Positions 39,251 to 51,645 of a DNA stretch of 64,000 nt are shown here, piece after piece. Position 1 is the first letter of the stretch, and every line of letters starts with the position of its first letter. This stretch comes from Octopus vulgaris. Its lineage: Eukaryota. Position numbers and translations under genes: made by a program. The stretch spans positions 41,044,001-41,108,000 of the forward strand of contig OX597816.1 in the NCBI GenBank assembly GCA_951406725.2, given 5' to 3'. The notes beneath the pieces were generated by a model. It was not told the origin of the DNA, searched no databases, and saw only the letters and a program-made list of their open reading frames with translations.

Positions 39251-39588
39251 AGTAATTTTTATTAACTTTTATAGCTTTAGAATTTTATGAACTGTACCAC
39301 GGATTTAATTATTATTATTTTTCATCTCCATATGTGTTAGCCCTTTTTTTATAAAAAAAACTATTAGCTAAATATGTATGATATCGGTACTTATTAATAT
39401 TATATATACACTGTTATATATTTTGTTTTATTTTGTTCTGGTTACCTTCCTTTTTGTACAAATGTGTATTATATTATACAAGTGTAGCATTATGATGTAT
39501 AAGTTTTTATATTTTACTTTTTTATATTTTTATATTTATATGTATATGATTATATAATATTTTTCACTATTATAACAAATTTAATTTA

Positions 39589-39702
39589 ATTCTCTGAAGA
39601 GGCCGTGGGGCATCTTTGTTAATGCCTCATTTATACCTGCCTTTATGGCTTATAGGTTAAATGAGGTATGACTGTCCTCACTGCCGAAACAGCTGTCAGT
39701 TT
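39589..39702 (+). ncRNA. Type I hammerhead with canonical core and large branched helix II
   Basis: CU-CUGAAGA-GGC CGUGGGG..CCUCACU GCC-GAA-ACAGCUGU-C-AG; helix III is an 8-nt palindrome; helix I is weak. Confidence 0.8.
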
Positions 39703-40069
39703 TGATTTATTTGCATATTGTATTTGTAATTTTTTACTTATATCTCTTTATCTTTTTACTTTTACTATTACTGTATATCTCATTTCATTTTATATATTGC
39801 CTTTACTCCTATGTAATGGTGTATTAAAGTATGGATTGAGTATCATCGGATAGTTGATGTTTTATTGATTTAAGTATGTTTCTCCATTCTCTAATTTTGT
39901 AGTATTAATTTACGGTAATGTTATTACCCTTACCCATTTAATACAATAGATGAACTGATTGCTTGACAATTTCTAACATCTATGTATTAATTTTGTTGGG
40001 TACCTATCTAGCAGTATATTGGATATATATTATCCCATGGTGGGTTGAATTTTCAACCCCTATCTCATT

Positions 40070-40115
<46 letters not shown>

Positions 40116-40129
40116 TATATGTAGGTATG

Positions 40130-40184
<55 letters not shown>

Positions 40185-40195
40185 ATGTAGGTATG

Positions 40196-40240
<45 letters not shown>

Positions 40241-40369
40241 TAAAAAGAATTCCAACCTTGTCTGATTTTCACGTTTTATTTACAATCTTATAATGATATA
40301 TTATAAGATAATATATTATAATTGAATAAAATAAAATGAAATAGTAGAATGTTAAATATTCATTCTGAT

Positions 40370-40414
40370 TGAACTAGTACTTTCATGCATTGAATTCTGC
40401 AATCTTCGGGTTCA
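40370..40414 (-). ncRNA. PLE-2 pLTR hammerhead (inverted copy)
   Basis: Mirror of 43415-43459. Confidence 0.8.
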
Positions 40415-41009
40415 TGTAGTAGTGTTGACAGTCATGCTTCACAATTTTTGACTGTAGCAAGATGAGTGATTCTGTGCTATAAATACAGCTGGGTAGGCTC
40501 CAGAGTGCTAGGTTTTGCAAACTGTATTCTGACCAATCAGTGTGTAGTATCACTCAATTACTTAAGCTGATTGGTTGGTTGAGCTGATTGGTTTAGGCAT
40601 CACACTTTGTTGGACAGGTCAAGAGTCCTGTATCTTGACCCTGGCCGAAGCAGCAATTGTTGGGTTATTTTTAGAAATGTTGTAAATATCCTTTGTCAGA
40701 GATCTGCAGACATCTCTGAGATCATGCAGACATCTCTGAAATTCTCTGAAAGGACTGAAATTCACACCTACACCAACAGCCAACCACCAAGAATTAAAGG
40801 AGGATATCCAAAAATTCTGTCGAAAATTACGACTTGTAGAATTCTTCGCTAACAAAAGTAATGAGATTGATGAATCCCTAGTAAGGAATAAATCAAATTT
40901 CACCCCACCAAAAGGAAGAAATAACTACCTTGACCAATACATTGATATCCTGTCTAAATTTCCCCTTAGACGCAATACCAATGTTAGGCCAAACATTAGC
41001 AAATCAGAG

Positions 41010-42920
41010 ATGTCTGCATGTAAACGTATACAAAACGATCAAACAATAATAATTAAACAAGCAGATAAAGGTGGTGCAATTGTTATTATGGATACCGAAT
41101 ACTATAAGGATTTGGTTGAAGACCAACTGAAGGATACAACCTTCTATTGTGAAATACCCGCAAATATAGACCACCACATCATGAAAAAGATCAACAACCT
41201 GATTTCAACACACCACAACTCACTTACGGATAATGAAAAAGACTACATCACCAATTTTGAACCAAAACCCAGCAACTTCTACGGCTTACCAAAAATACAC
41301 AAATCAAAAAACATTCAACAGGCAGTAAAAGAACAAGAAAGTGAGTACATAAAATTATTACATCCAAAAGACCTAAAACTTAGACCTATTATAGCTGGTC
41401 CAGCATGCCCTACACACCGTCTAAGCAATTTTATTGACATTGTTTTGAAACCACTATGTACTTACATACCAAGTTTCATCAGGGATGACATCGACTTCCT
41501 GTCCCATCTTCCCAAAACAACAGAAACAAATTCAGTTTTGCTAAGTTTTGATGTGGTAAGCCTCTACACCAATATTCCACACGATTTAGGAATAAAGGCG
41601 ATTAAATACTGGTTAGAAAAACATAGAGAAGTGATTCCCAGCAGATTCACAGTGCCATTTATATTAGACACAGTCAAACTTATTCTAGAAAATAACACAT
41701 TCTTCTTCAATGGAAAGAATTACATCCAAATTAGAGGCACGGCGATGGGAACGAGGTTTGCTCCCGTTTACGCCAACTCTGTAATGGGATACTTAGAAGA
41801 ACAACTCTACCAAGAGGTGGAGGTAAACTATGGCACTGGATTTAGAAAGTATATTGAAAAGGCATGGAAGAGATACCTAGACGACTGTTTCATAATCTGG
41901 ACAGAATCTCTAAATACTCTGGAAGAGTTCAATATCCTCCTGAACAACCTACACCCATCTCTCAAATTTACAAAGGAGATGAGTAGTACCAAATTACCAT
42001 TCCTGGATATAATGGTAATTAAAAAAGACACCACCATCACCACAGATATATACTATAAACACACAGACACACATCAATACCTAAATTTTAAGTCGTGCCA
42101 TCCACCACATACAAAACGTAACATCCCATACTGCCTAGCCAGAAGAATTTGTACTAATGTAGAAGATGCAAATATCAGGAACAAACGCCTAATAGAACTA
42201 AGAGAATTTTTGCTCAAACAAAAATACCCATCTCTACTTATAGAAAATGGCATACAGCGGGCTATAAAAATACCTATACAACAACTTAGGACAACCCAAG
42301 GAAGAGGAAAACAAGAACAAGTCATACCATTTATAGTGACACACAACCCATGTCACCAGAATATCTTCAACATTGCCAAAGCAAACCTACCAATCATTGC
42401 CCAAAGTAATGAATTAAAAGACATAATCAAGGATCGAGCTATGGTGCTTAGTAAAAGACAGCCTAAAAACTTGAAAACATTACTAACAAAGGCAAAATTT
42501 GACCTCAGCAACAAAGACCAAACATTCACGGTATCTAAATGCAATGATAGCCGATGTGGCACATGCCAATTCATACATACCGGTCAATATATAAACACAA
42601 AAACCGGGAAAATATTCACAAACGCGAATATGAACTGCAAAAGCAGAAATTTAATTTACTGCATCAAATGCCCAAATTGTGAAGAAATATATGTAGGTCA
42701 GACGGGAAACGCACTATTAGAACGCTCACGTGTACACCGGCAACAGATTAGAGACCCAGAGGTCCCTCAGATACCTTTGAGTAACCACCTAGCAACATGT
42801 GGTCGGAAAATATATATAATATTTCCATTCTACAAATTACACAGCCCAAGTGAAATCGAGAGGAAAATCAGAGAAAAGAATTTTATTGATAAATTCGAAC
42901 CCAAGCTAAATAAGCAATAA
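41010..42920 (+). CDS. PLE reverse transcriptase + Cys-rich linker + GIY-YIG endonuclease (frame open from about 40744)
   Basis: ADKGGAIV, FYGLPKIHK, LRPII, FDVVSLYTNI, GTAMGTRFAP, RYLDD, CNDSRCGTC, LIYCIKC..IYVGQT..R..H; upstream in-frame KGLKFTPTP. Confidence 0.96.
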   Translation: MSACKRIQNDQTIIIKQADKGGAIVIMDTEYYKDLVEDQLKDTTFYCEIPANIDHHIMKKINNLISTHHNSLTDNEKDYITNFEPKPSNFYGLPKIHKSKNIQQAVKEQESEYIKLLHPKDLKLRPIIAGPACPTHRLSNFIDIVLKPLCTYIPSFIRDDIDFLSHLPKTTETNSVLLSFDVVSLYTNIPHDLGIKAIKYWLEKHREVIPSRFTVPFILDTVKLILENNTFFFNGKNYIQIRGTAMGTRFAPVYANSVMGYLEEQLYQEVEVNYGTGFRKYIEKAWKRYLDDCFIIWTESLNTLEEFNILLNNLHPSLKFTKEMSSTKLPFLDIMVIKKDTTITTDIYYKHTDTHQYLNFKSCHPPHTKRNIPYCLARRICTNVEDANIRNKRLIELREFLLKQKYPSLLIENGIQRAIKIPIQQLRTTQGRGKQEQVIPFIVTHNPCHQNIFNIAKANLPIIAQSNELKDIIKDRAMVLSKRQPKNLKTLLTKAKFDLSNKDQTFTVSKCNDSRCGTCQFIHTGQYINTKTGKIFTNANMNCKSRNLIYCIKCPNCEEIYVGQTGNALLERSRVHRQQIRDPEVPQIPLSNHLATCGRKIYIIFPFYKLHSPSEIERKIREKNFIDKFEPKLNKQ

Positions 42921-43234
42921 TAATAATACTTAGAGGTATTACTTCCACTGCTACGACCATGACCACTAACAACAACAACAATACTAAAGGTGATCAAGAC
43001 GAAGATAGCAGGAAAATTATCTTATTTAGGGTTAAAAGTTCTATTGCCACCACCATCACCACTAGCAACAATAATTAAGGTGCTGACAATGATGATGATG
43101 ACAATTGAAATATAAAAATATAAAAATCTCTGACAAAGGATATTTACAACATTTCTAAAAATAACCCAACAATTGCTGCTTCGGCCAGGGTCAAGATACA
43201 GGACTCTTGACCTGTCCAACAAAGCGTGATGCCT

Positions 43235-43352
43235 AAACCAATCAGCTCAACCAACCAATCAGCTTAAGTAATTGAGTGATACTACACACTGATTGGTCAG
43301 AATACAGTTTGCAAAACCTAGCACTCTGGAGCCTACCCAGCTGTATTTATAG
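43235..43352 (+). promoter_or_regulatory. Putative pLTR Pol II promoter (CCAAT boxes + TATA-like)
   Basis: CCAATCAGC at 43238 and 43255, inverted ATTGG at about 43292, TATTTATA at 43344, about 65 nt upstream of the HHR. Confidence 0.45.
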
Positions 43353-43414
43353 CACAGAATCACTCATCTTGCTACAGTCAAAAATTGTGAAGCATGACTG
43401 TCAACACTACTACA

Positions 43415-43459
43415 TGAACCCGAAGATTGCAGAATTCAATGCATGAAAGTACTAGTTCA
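43415..43459 (+). ncRNA. PLE-2 pLTR hammerhead variant (U4C)
   Basis: UGAAC-CCGAAGA-U UGCA(loop)UGCA U-GAA-AGUACU-A-GUUCA. Confidence 0.82.
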
Positions 43460-43621
43460 ATCAGAATGAATATTTAACATTCTACTATTTCATTTTATTT
43501 TATTCAATTATAATATATTATCTTATAATATATCATTATAAGATTGTAAATAAAACGTGAAAATCAGACAAGGTTGGAATTATTTTTATTAATATATTCT
43601 TCTATACACAATCACACACAC

Positions 43622-43671
<50 letters not shown>

Positions 43672-43692
43672 GTCTGTTTTTATTCCTATTTC

Positions 43693-43749
<57 letters not shown>

Positions 43750-45329
43750 ATTTCTACGTATCTCTCTAAATTATCATTAAGGTGTTATCCCTTCCATTCA
43801 CGTATAACTGTTATCGATCGACATTACTATCTCTGGCCTTATTGCTATCGGTTATGCAAGTAGAGTCGTTTATTTATTTTACGTCGAACGCAGCAGTAGG
43901 TAATCGTTACCAATTAGTGAAGTGAAAACTAGAATAAAGCAAATGAAACCCAATATAACATTCAAATATTCCAAATTTCAGTAGTTAGTAATAATTACTG
44001 CGATCTGTGAAATTTTGTGATATCCTCGAGTAAGATGAAAATTAACCTAACATGTTATAATAATATTTTTCCTAGGAGCATTTAATTTTTTTTGTGACGA
44101 AAATATTTTGAAATACTTTAAAAGTATATTTAATTAAATAGATTTAATCTACATGTAATATTTTTAGTTTTGCAATGATGGAGATCGGAAAGTGAAGTAT
44201 TTCAGGTTATTGCTTAGAACGTCCACTTCAAATTATAGTCTTAATCAATTTAGAAGCCGTGGTTGTTATTTATGTGCACATGTTTGGGTTTTATAGCAAT
44301 AAGTGTTATTGTTCGCCATCTAAAAGCATTAACTAGAGTAAGTTGGAACGTAGTAAGAAGTCGTAAACTTATTCGTATAGTAGATCGCTGCATGTCAGCA
44401 ACTGGCGCGAAATGTCACGAGTGGGGTGGTGTAAAGTTCCTGGCATTAAGAGTATTGTGAAAGGCCTTGTTGGGGGCCCAAAGTTCCGAGGTATTTTACT
44501 GGGTTTAGAAAAACTGAAAGTATGCTGCAATAAGTATGTGAATCTGAGAGGGGAAGATGTTCAATAAAATTATAATTAACTGATCCTTCAGGGTCTTCTT
44601 TTACCCAAAGCCAGGAACCTAACCCCACTCCGCATTTGGTCCTTCGCTTTTACAATATATTACCATTCCACACATATTTTAAGTTACGGTGCAGAAGGAC
44701 TGATGCTGTTAGGGTCAGAACAGGAATTCCATTCAAATTGCCACCGATACTGACAAGATAACTTATTCTCTCTATTGATAACTGAATAGTTTGTTCTCAT
44801 ATAAATCTTTCTGCGAGGAAATATTACAATTGACTTTTCTTTCGTGAAGCAGCTTTTGTTGCATAAATTTTAAACTAGTTTTCACTGATTCATTTTCATC
44901 GATTTTGTTTCTCTCTCATCTTTTCTCTTTACATGAATCTCGTGTGAAATTTTGTAAATGTTGACTCTAGTCGATCTGCTTGATACGTGCTTTCATCAAG
45001 TTTATGAATACGTGCTGAAGAACGATAATATTTTCGTCAAATATCCATGTTAATATCGTTGTGGATCAATTTAAGACTTCCATCGAAAACAGTATGATCA
45101 TCATAATTTGTATTTTGATAGTTTAAAACTTGTGCCTTTGACATTTTCATGATGTTTTTACTTATTTATATTGCACATTCTATAGTGTTTTCATTGTCTT
45201 TGTTGAGGCTTATGCATTTTTACATCGTTGGTTTTCTTCTGCAATTTCCATTGATTTGTGCGTTAGCAGTAGATTTTCAGGGTATTTTCTTTTCACTTAC
45301 CCTTTTAGACTGCCGCTAATTTGCGAGTA

Positions 45330-46680
45330 TCTTTCACATACACTTGTCGTCCATGTACAATCGCCTAAGAAAGCCTTCATGTATGACATGTCACTTCTAT
45401 CAACAGACAAGCAAATCATGCCGAGTACCCTCGTGAGACTAGATTAGACTAGAGCTTGTAAAGTGGTCAAAGATGCGATTTAGAGCCAAACAAAGTCGCG
45501 TAGTCTGACATTTATTAAGAGAGTGCAGAAAGAAGTTAAGTTTCAAATAGCCGAAGAAAGCAGTCCAACAGTCAAAGAAGAACCCGTCAAGAGCTTGGGG
45601 TGAATATATACTGGAACATTGTCAGAGAGGAGTCGTGGGATGGACATTATGAAACAAGCTGAGGCTGGATTATCAGCGATTGGTAACTGAAAGTTATCAG
45701 GTAAATATAAAATTTAGTGCTTACAGTTCAGCTTGTATCCGCAACTTTCGAGGCCACTTTTAATATTCGAAGCAGCATTATCATAAGTTCAAACAGAAAG
45801 TGGCTAGGCTCACCTCGGATATCGGATAGTTAAGCTCTTTATCGTAAAAGAGGGCCATTGCAGTTACCACTGGCGTCAATAGTCGAAATTTATAAGCTAG
45901 GGAATGTACGAAGGGTGATAATGTTGAGAGAGTCGAAGGAATTCAGGCGTAATCCACCAAATGTGAAAACAGCCAGGACGTGGAAAGCAGAAACAGAGAC
46001 TGATGACATCTGGTATTCTCTTAATTACCGAGATATGCAGGGTGCAACACAAATTCATCGGAAGGAAATTGGTTTCGGCGCAGATCGGTTCTGACTGTTT
46101 GCGAGCATGATACGGAGCGAACGCAGATCTGTTGTTAGTAACAGCGTCAAAACGAAGGAGGCAGAGAGAAGAGAGCATTCAACAAGGACAGATGACGAGA
46201 TGGGAATAAGATGTTGTTGAGAGAAAAAATAAGTTGGAATGAGATATGAAGGTGGAGCACATCTCGGTTAGGTTTTCAGATTCGTTCATCCTATGATGTC
46301 TTTTCATCACCTGCAAATCTATTAAGATGGAACGTCTGAGAGAATGATATATGCAAATGCGGAAAGGTCAGAACACTGAAACATACTATTTCCATCTGTT
46401 CACTAACATTGAATAGGTAAACATGGAGGCACACCCTGGTCATTAAGGTTATCTTCAATGTTATCAAGAACCAGATTGATTTCAACAACAGTGAGACAAA
46501 CCCGTTGAAAGTAGCAACTAGTGATTTAATTACCTGAGTGCGCTCAGGACAGCGGATCTGTTTCAAGAAGAGCAACAAATTTCCTTTCCTGTAAGAGATG
46601 AAAAGAGGAACGGGTATTATTGGAAGGTGACTGTAGATTTATGAGGGTGCCAGGGACTCTTTCTTATACCAGGTACAATA
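45330..46680 (+). pseudogene. Degenerate restriction-like-endonuclease LINE (Hero-like) RT C-terminal fragment
   Basis: EEPVKSLG, LSGKYKI.CLQFSLYP, LQLPLASIVEIYKLG, SYDVFSSPANLLRW, CKCGK..TWRH; many stops. Confidence 0.65.
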
Positions 46681-46689
46681 TTTCCCCAA

Positions 46690-46735
46690 GACACCTGATG
46701 AAGGCTGGGGCGTATATTAGCCGAAAATTTGTGTT
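46690..46735 (+). ncRNA. Minimal hammerhead, canonical core plus extra A after A9
   Basis: GACAC-CUGAUGA-A-GGCUGG(loop)UUAGCC-GAA-AAUU-U-GUGUU; followed by about 50 nt and then (TTC)n. Confidence 0.8.
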
Positions 46736-47139
46736 AACAACAAAGTGAGGATAAATACCCGTCAAATATAAATAATGTAAATATTCTTCTTCTTCTTCTT
46801 CTTCTTCTTCTTCTTCTTCTTCTTCTTCTTCTTCTTCTTCTTCTTCTTCTTCTTCTTCTTCTTCTTCTTCTTCATCTTCTTCTACTTCTTCTTCTTCTTC
46901 TTCTTCATCTTCATCATCATCTTCTTCTACTTCTTCTTCTTCTTTTCTTTTTCTTATTATTATTATTTACCTGTAGTCTGCATGTTTTGTTACAATCACT
47001 GGGCGACACACACCCAGCGTCCTTGGGCGAGTGAAGGATAAGAAATGTTACAGTACGACTGAAAGCTTGGGGAGGGAAGGTGGTATGGGTAGTAGCAAAA
47101 TAACCTTTTTATAATACAACACAGATATTTACGTTGGTA

Positions 47140-47545
47140 AGGTTTTTTTTAAAGGATGTGTGTAGTGCTTGTCAGCACAATCTTTTGGATTTCTCTGAGA
47201 CATGGTTCTCCTGGGATACTATCTATATGTTTCTCACATCCCTTTCCCATAATACCTAGGGCACCCACAATAAAGGAATAGTTCTCGCCTTAAGATGCTA
47301 CATCTTTTGTATTTCAATTTCCAGTTTTCAAATTGAATTAAGTTGTCAAATTCCTTTACAGATATAATTTTATCAGTGAGAACACTTACTCCTTTTAGTC
47401 TACAAACAATTTCTTCTCTGTCTTTAGAGATTGTCTATTCAATTAGCTTGGATCGTTCTGTCGATGCTGACTGGTAAATCCCAGAGGATAGTGACATTTT
47501 TACCTTCAGCGACTGGTTCAGGATGTTGTTCATACCAGTAAGCAA
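47140..47545 (-). pseudogene. R4/Dong-like LINE endonuclease-end fragment
   Basis: WYEQHPEPVAEGKNVTILWDLPVSIDRTIQAN, then IPFIVGALGIMG; 5' end abuts (TAA)n. Confidence 0.7.
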
Positions 47546-47656
47546 GAGTAGTGATTTTGTTGTTATTATTATTATTATTATTGCAGCGTGGAAGGTGTTT
47601 ATAAGCCATTAAGAAACACACAAAACCGTTAGATTCACTTCAACATTTAAATTTAA

Positions 47657-47707
47657 TTTGTCAAAATATTTTCGTCGCTTGGAGACCGCGACCTGTTCAC
47701 TGACAAA
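47657..47707 (-). ncRNA. Hammerhead G3-C8 variant (left arm)
   Basis: Mirror of 47710-47760. Confidence 0.8.
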
Positions 47708-47709
47708 GC

Positions 47710-47760
47710 TTTGTCAGTGAACAGGTCGCGGTCTCCAAGCGACGAAAATATTTTGACAAA
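47710..47760 (+). ncRNA. Hammerhead G3-C8 variant (right arm)
   Basis: UUUGUCA-GUGAACA-G-GUCGC GGUCUCCAA GCGAC-GAA-AAUAUU-U-UGACAAA; differs from the 14669 copy only in loop II. Confidence 0.82.
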
Positions 47761-47924
47761 TTAAATTTAAATGTTGAAGTGAATCTAACGGTTTTGTGTG
47801 TTTCTTAAATGGCTTATAAACACCTTCCACGCTGGAATTGTTTTCGTTCCAGTACACGATCTCAGATCAAGTCACTTGCTATGCAAGTACATCTCCGTAA
47901 ATATTATTATTATTATTATTATTA

Positions 47925-48095
47925 GGCGCAGGAGCGGTTGTGTGGTAAGTAGCTTGCTTAACAACCACATGGTTCCGGGTTCAGTCCTACTACGTGGCAA
48001 CTTGGGCAAGTATCTTCTACTATAACCTCGGGCCGACCAAAGCCTTGTGAGTAGATTTGGTAGACGGAAACTGAAAGAAAGCCGACGTGTATATG

Positions 48096-48136
<41 letters not shown>

Positions 48137-48335
48137 ATGTTTGTGCGTCTGTTTGTCGCCCCAACATTGCTTGACAACCGATGATGGTGTGTTTACGTTC
48201 CCGTAATTTAGCGGTTCGGCAAAAGAGACCGATAGAATAAGTACTAGGCTTCCAAAGAATAAGTCCTGGGGGTCGATTTGCTCGACTAAAGTCGGTGCTC
48301 GAGCATGGCCGCACTCAAATCACTGAAACAAGTAA
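47925..48335 (+). mobile_element. Full-length tRNA-derived SINE
   Basis: Homologous to 1211-1613. Confidence 0.9.
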
Positions 48336-48438
48336 AAGAGAAAAGAAAGAAAGAGAAATATTATTATTATCATTAGCATAACCATCACCACCACCATCAT
48401 CATCATCATCATCATCACAATCGTCATAATCGTCGTCG

Positions 48439-48479
<41 letters not shown>

Positions 48480-50079
48480 TCCATCATTGCTTGTTTTGTC
48501 CTGTGTGTATTTTTTTCATCATTAATAATTGTCCTACTATTCATAAGAAGCATAGCGGCCGTGGTGCCTCCTGGAACGTAATGGCTATATTATACGAAGT
48601 GTACGCCGTATGTGTGTGTACACACACATACTCACATACACACATAAAAACACACATATATATAAGCTCATCAATTCTTTGGAATTCTAATAATGTTTTA
48701 CGGTGGCGGCATATAATTTTCCTATTAATATCACTTGTTTTAGCAATAATAATTCTTGTTTTAATGATGTCGTTCGTTCTTACACGTTTGGCTTCCATAT
48801 TTTCACGGATGTATACACACATTAGTCATATTTAGTACTTGTTAGTAGGAAAAAAATTAATAGAAATAGAGAAATATGGCCGAGGTGACAAGGGAGATGT
48901 ATGCATGGATAAGGAGATAGACGGATAGATAGAGACAATGAGAGAGAGAAAGAGAGCGAGTGGAGGAGGAGAGAATGAACTATAATCGTGTTGGATGAAG
49001 CAATATAAACCCTGTTAACAATATGTTGTCAATATTCATTAGACAGGTCAAAGGAAATTGAGACTGTATCATTTTGACAATAATAGTTATAATGCGTAAG
49101 TTCAATGCTAAATGATAATTATGAAAAAAGTGGAGTGTTTAAAATATCGCCCTGTTATAGAAGTATTAACATAATATGTTGGTATGAGGATAATTCAATT
49201 TTATGTATAATAAAAAAAATATTTCCATAAGCGATTCTCTTGTAGTTGTTTTCACGGCATTTTAATAGAGAACAGATTTTAATCTACAAAATACAAGTTA
49301 TTATTATTGTTATTTTTTTTTGATAGTACGAAACTCAGTAATAAAATACAAAATGATAGAAAGAGATAGAAAGTGACAGGAAGTTTTTTTGTTGTTTTGG
49401 TGCTAATAATATGCTTAGAACCATTACTAGAAACTTTAATATGGCATCCTATTCAAACTTCGAGCTATCTGTATAATTACCTTTATTGTGAATGTGTATA
49501 CAGCAAGAAATTGGGAAAAAAACATAGGTGAAATTTTCATTCTTATCATTATGTTCAAAATTGTGACAGGACACGTGTGTAACTTATATTCATGCTATCG
49601 TTTGCTTCCTAAATATACTTCGAATGCTAAGACGTTGGTTTATTAATTTAATAAACAGCTTCAATTGTATATACATGATAGTGACTTCACTCAATTGAAT
49701 CTCCTTTCTACCCGAGTACAACAAGATATTTGGCATGGCCATTCTATACAGGTGTCAGATAAAAGAATAACTTAGCAGAATAAAAAAAGGAATTAGTAAT
49801 ATTTATGCATCAAATCGACAAAAGAAGATGAGATGTTCACTCCAATAAGAGACGACAGGGAAATAATCAATAATAAACAATAGTAAAAGCAACTAGAATT
49901 ATAAATATGCATATACGGTTAAGTAACGCAATTAATTAATGTGGTGGTTGGGGAAAGGTTAGATGAAATGGATGACTTGTAACCATTTAAATATTGGAAA
50001 AAAATTACAGGTGTAATGATTCGCTCCAGGTATTTAAATGTCGACATTATGACTACTGTTCAATATTCCCTGAATACTG

Positions 50080-50420
50080 TAAAGGGTGTAAGACCTGATT
50101 TGGGAAGCTGTAAGAGAGACTGCGAAGCCATGGCCAGCAAAAAAGGGATACAATAGGCATCTTGATTGCGTCAGTAGTTCACAATTAATCCAAAAGCTAA
50201 AGAACAGCGCCTCGGGTTCATTGGAGACAGCTATGCGATGCTGCTGAAAATTGTCAGTTGCTCCTTCCTATAACTACAGAAAGAGTCACACGTTTTTGTC
50301 GGATGATTTTTATGACTACACCAATCCCGATTTCTGCCATCATAATTCCTCCGATTACTACGTGTGGGCTGCGTTTGCGAAAGACACGAAGACCGAGATG
50401 GTGGCCGAGATCAAATTTCT
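50080..50420 (+). pseudogene. Very degenerate Tc1/mariner-superfamily transposase fragment
   Basis: Remnant ..NSSDYYVWAAFAKDT resembling the SPD-NP-DY-VW region. Confidence 0.35.
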
Positions 50421-51411
50421 GCCCAAATAGATTTTATCTACAGAAAGAAACATTCACGCAGGTCAATTTATGGAAAGCTATGTCAATTAACGAAACCCCA
50501 AAAAGAAAAAAAGAACATCTTGCTCACAAAACTCTACTAACACTGCTCCTAGCACTAAAGAAACAATGGCCCTTATGGAGAATTTTAGGAGACTAGAAAT
50601 TTTTCGACAAATGCTCGAAGCAATTATGGTTTCACAAATCTCAAAGAAGATATTCCTCGAGCTGCTTTCTTTTTGTCACTGAATAATACAGACATAAGGT
50701 TAAGACGTAACCGAAGATTTAGTGAATCCAGATGAAGGGCTCACAATACAGTCGGGCATTCTAATGAGAATTCGAGAACATTGAATATCTCCGGTAAACG
50801 TGCCTCATGAATATCTGCCACTTCTAGCAAAACAAATTGTCAAATAAGCAAATGACTGTGATTTTGCGTTTCTAAAATCAAAACATCCAATCTTGAAACC
50901 AAGCACTTAGGATGAACCGAAACATGATACTGAAGGTTGGATTAAGCTGGACATCCCTTGGAAAATGAAAGCCTGGCCAGATAAGTAAATCATTACATAC
51001 AAAAGTGGAAGCGACGTCAGCAAATGACTTTTACGTAGAACAAGTCATAGGATTGTTAGATGTTGTTCAGAGTGTTATCGAATTGCCGAAGCAGGATTTC
51101 GCTTCGATGAAATGAAATAAACGAATTTTATACGAAGAAATCATCTAAATGGATCATACATCAAGGCACATATACCTAAAAAACTACAAGGTTAAACCAC
51201 GTGAATACATCGTCTTTCATAATGTGGGAATTTGTTAGATGTTCTTCCGATTTAAAATATTCAACGCCGGTGTCGGTTATACATGATTGAATTATGTAGA
51301 ACTAAAACATAAATAAACCATAAAATATATTAATGAGATAAACTATAAGATTTCCTCAGTCATTTTGATCATGAATAACAAATGAAAATATTTTAAAACA
51401 TAACTATAATA

Positions 51412-51463
<52 letters not shown>

Positions 51464-51595
51464 TGTATGTATACTTACATACTTACACATACACACATAC
51501 ACATGACATGTATGTGATTTACGTATTATATGTATCTCTCTCTCACTCACTATATATATGTACACGAATTTATATACATGCATATACATATACAT

Positions 51596-51645
<50 letters not shown>

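Larger units (their letters stand above)
38295..39903. repeat. 1.6-kb near-perfect palindrome (about 800-bp arms, 6-nt spacer AATCTA)
   Basis: Arms 38295-39095 and 39102-39903; one 1-nt indel seen; mirrored identical ORFs in the track (38345-38530 -, 39668-39853 +). Confidence 0.97.
40232..43597 (+). mobile_element. PLE-2: Neptune-like Penelope element, 5'-truncated, with 472-bp inverted pLTRs
   Basis: 40232-40703 is the reverse complement of 43126-43597 (2 mismatches noticed); (TA)n-rich flanks. Confidence 0.95.
47584..47834. repeat. 250-bp spacerless palindrome of the family C HHR element
   Basis: Centre TGACAAAG|CTTTGTCA at 47708/47709; one 1-nt indel between arms. Confidence 0.95.

Noticed and set aside
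40232-43597. DNA transposon with long TIRs, or LTR retrotransposon
   Set aside because: The ORF is PLE RT + GIY-YIG with no DDE transposase, integrase, gag or protease; inverted pLTRs are a PLE trait.
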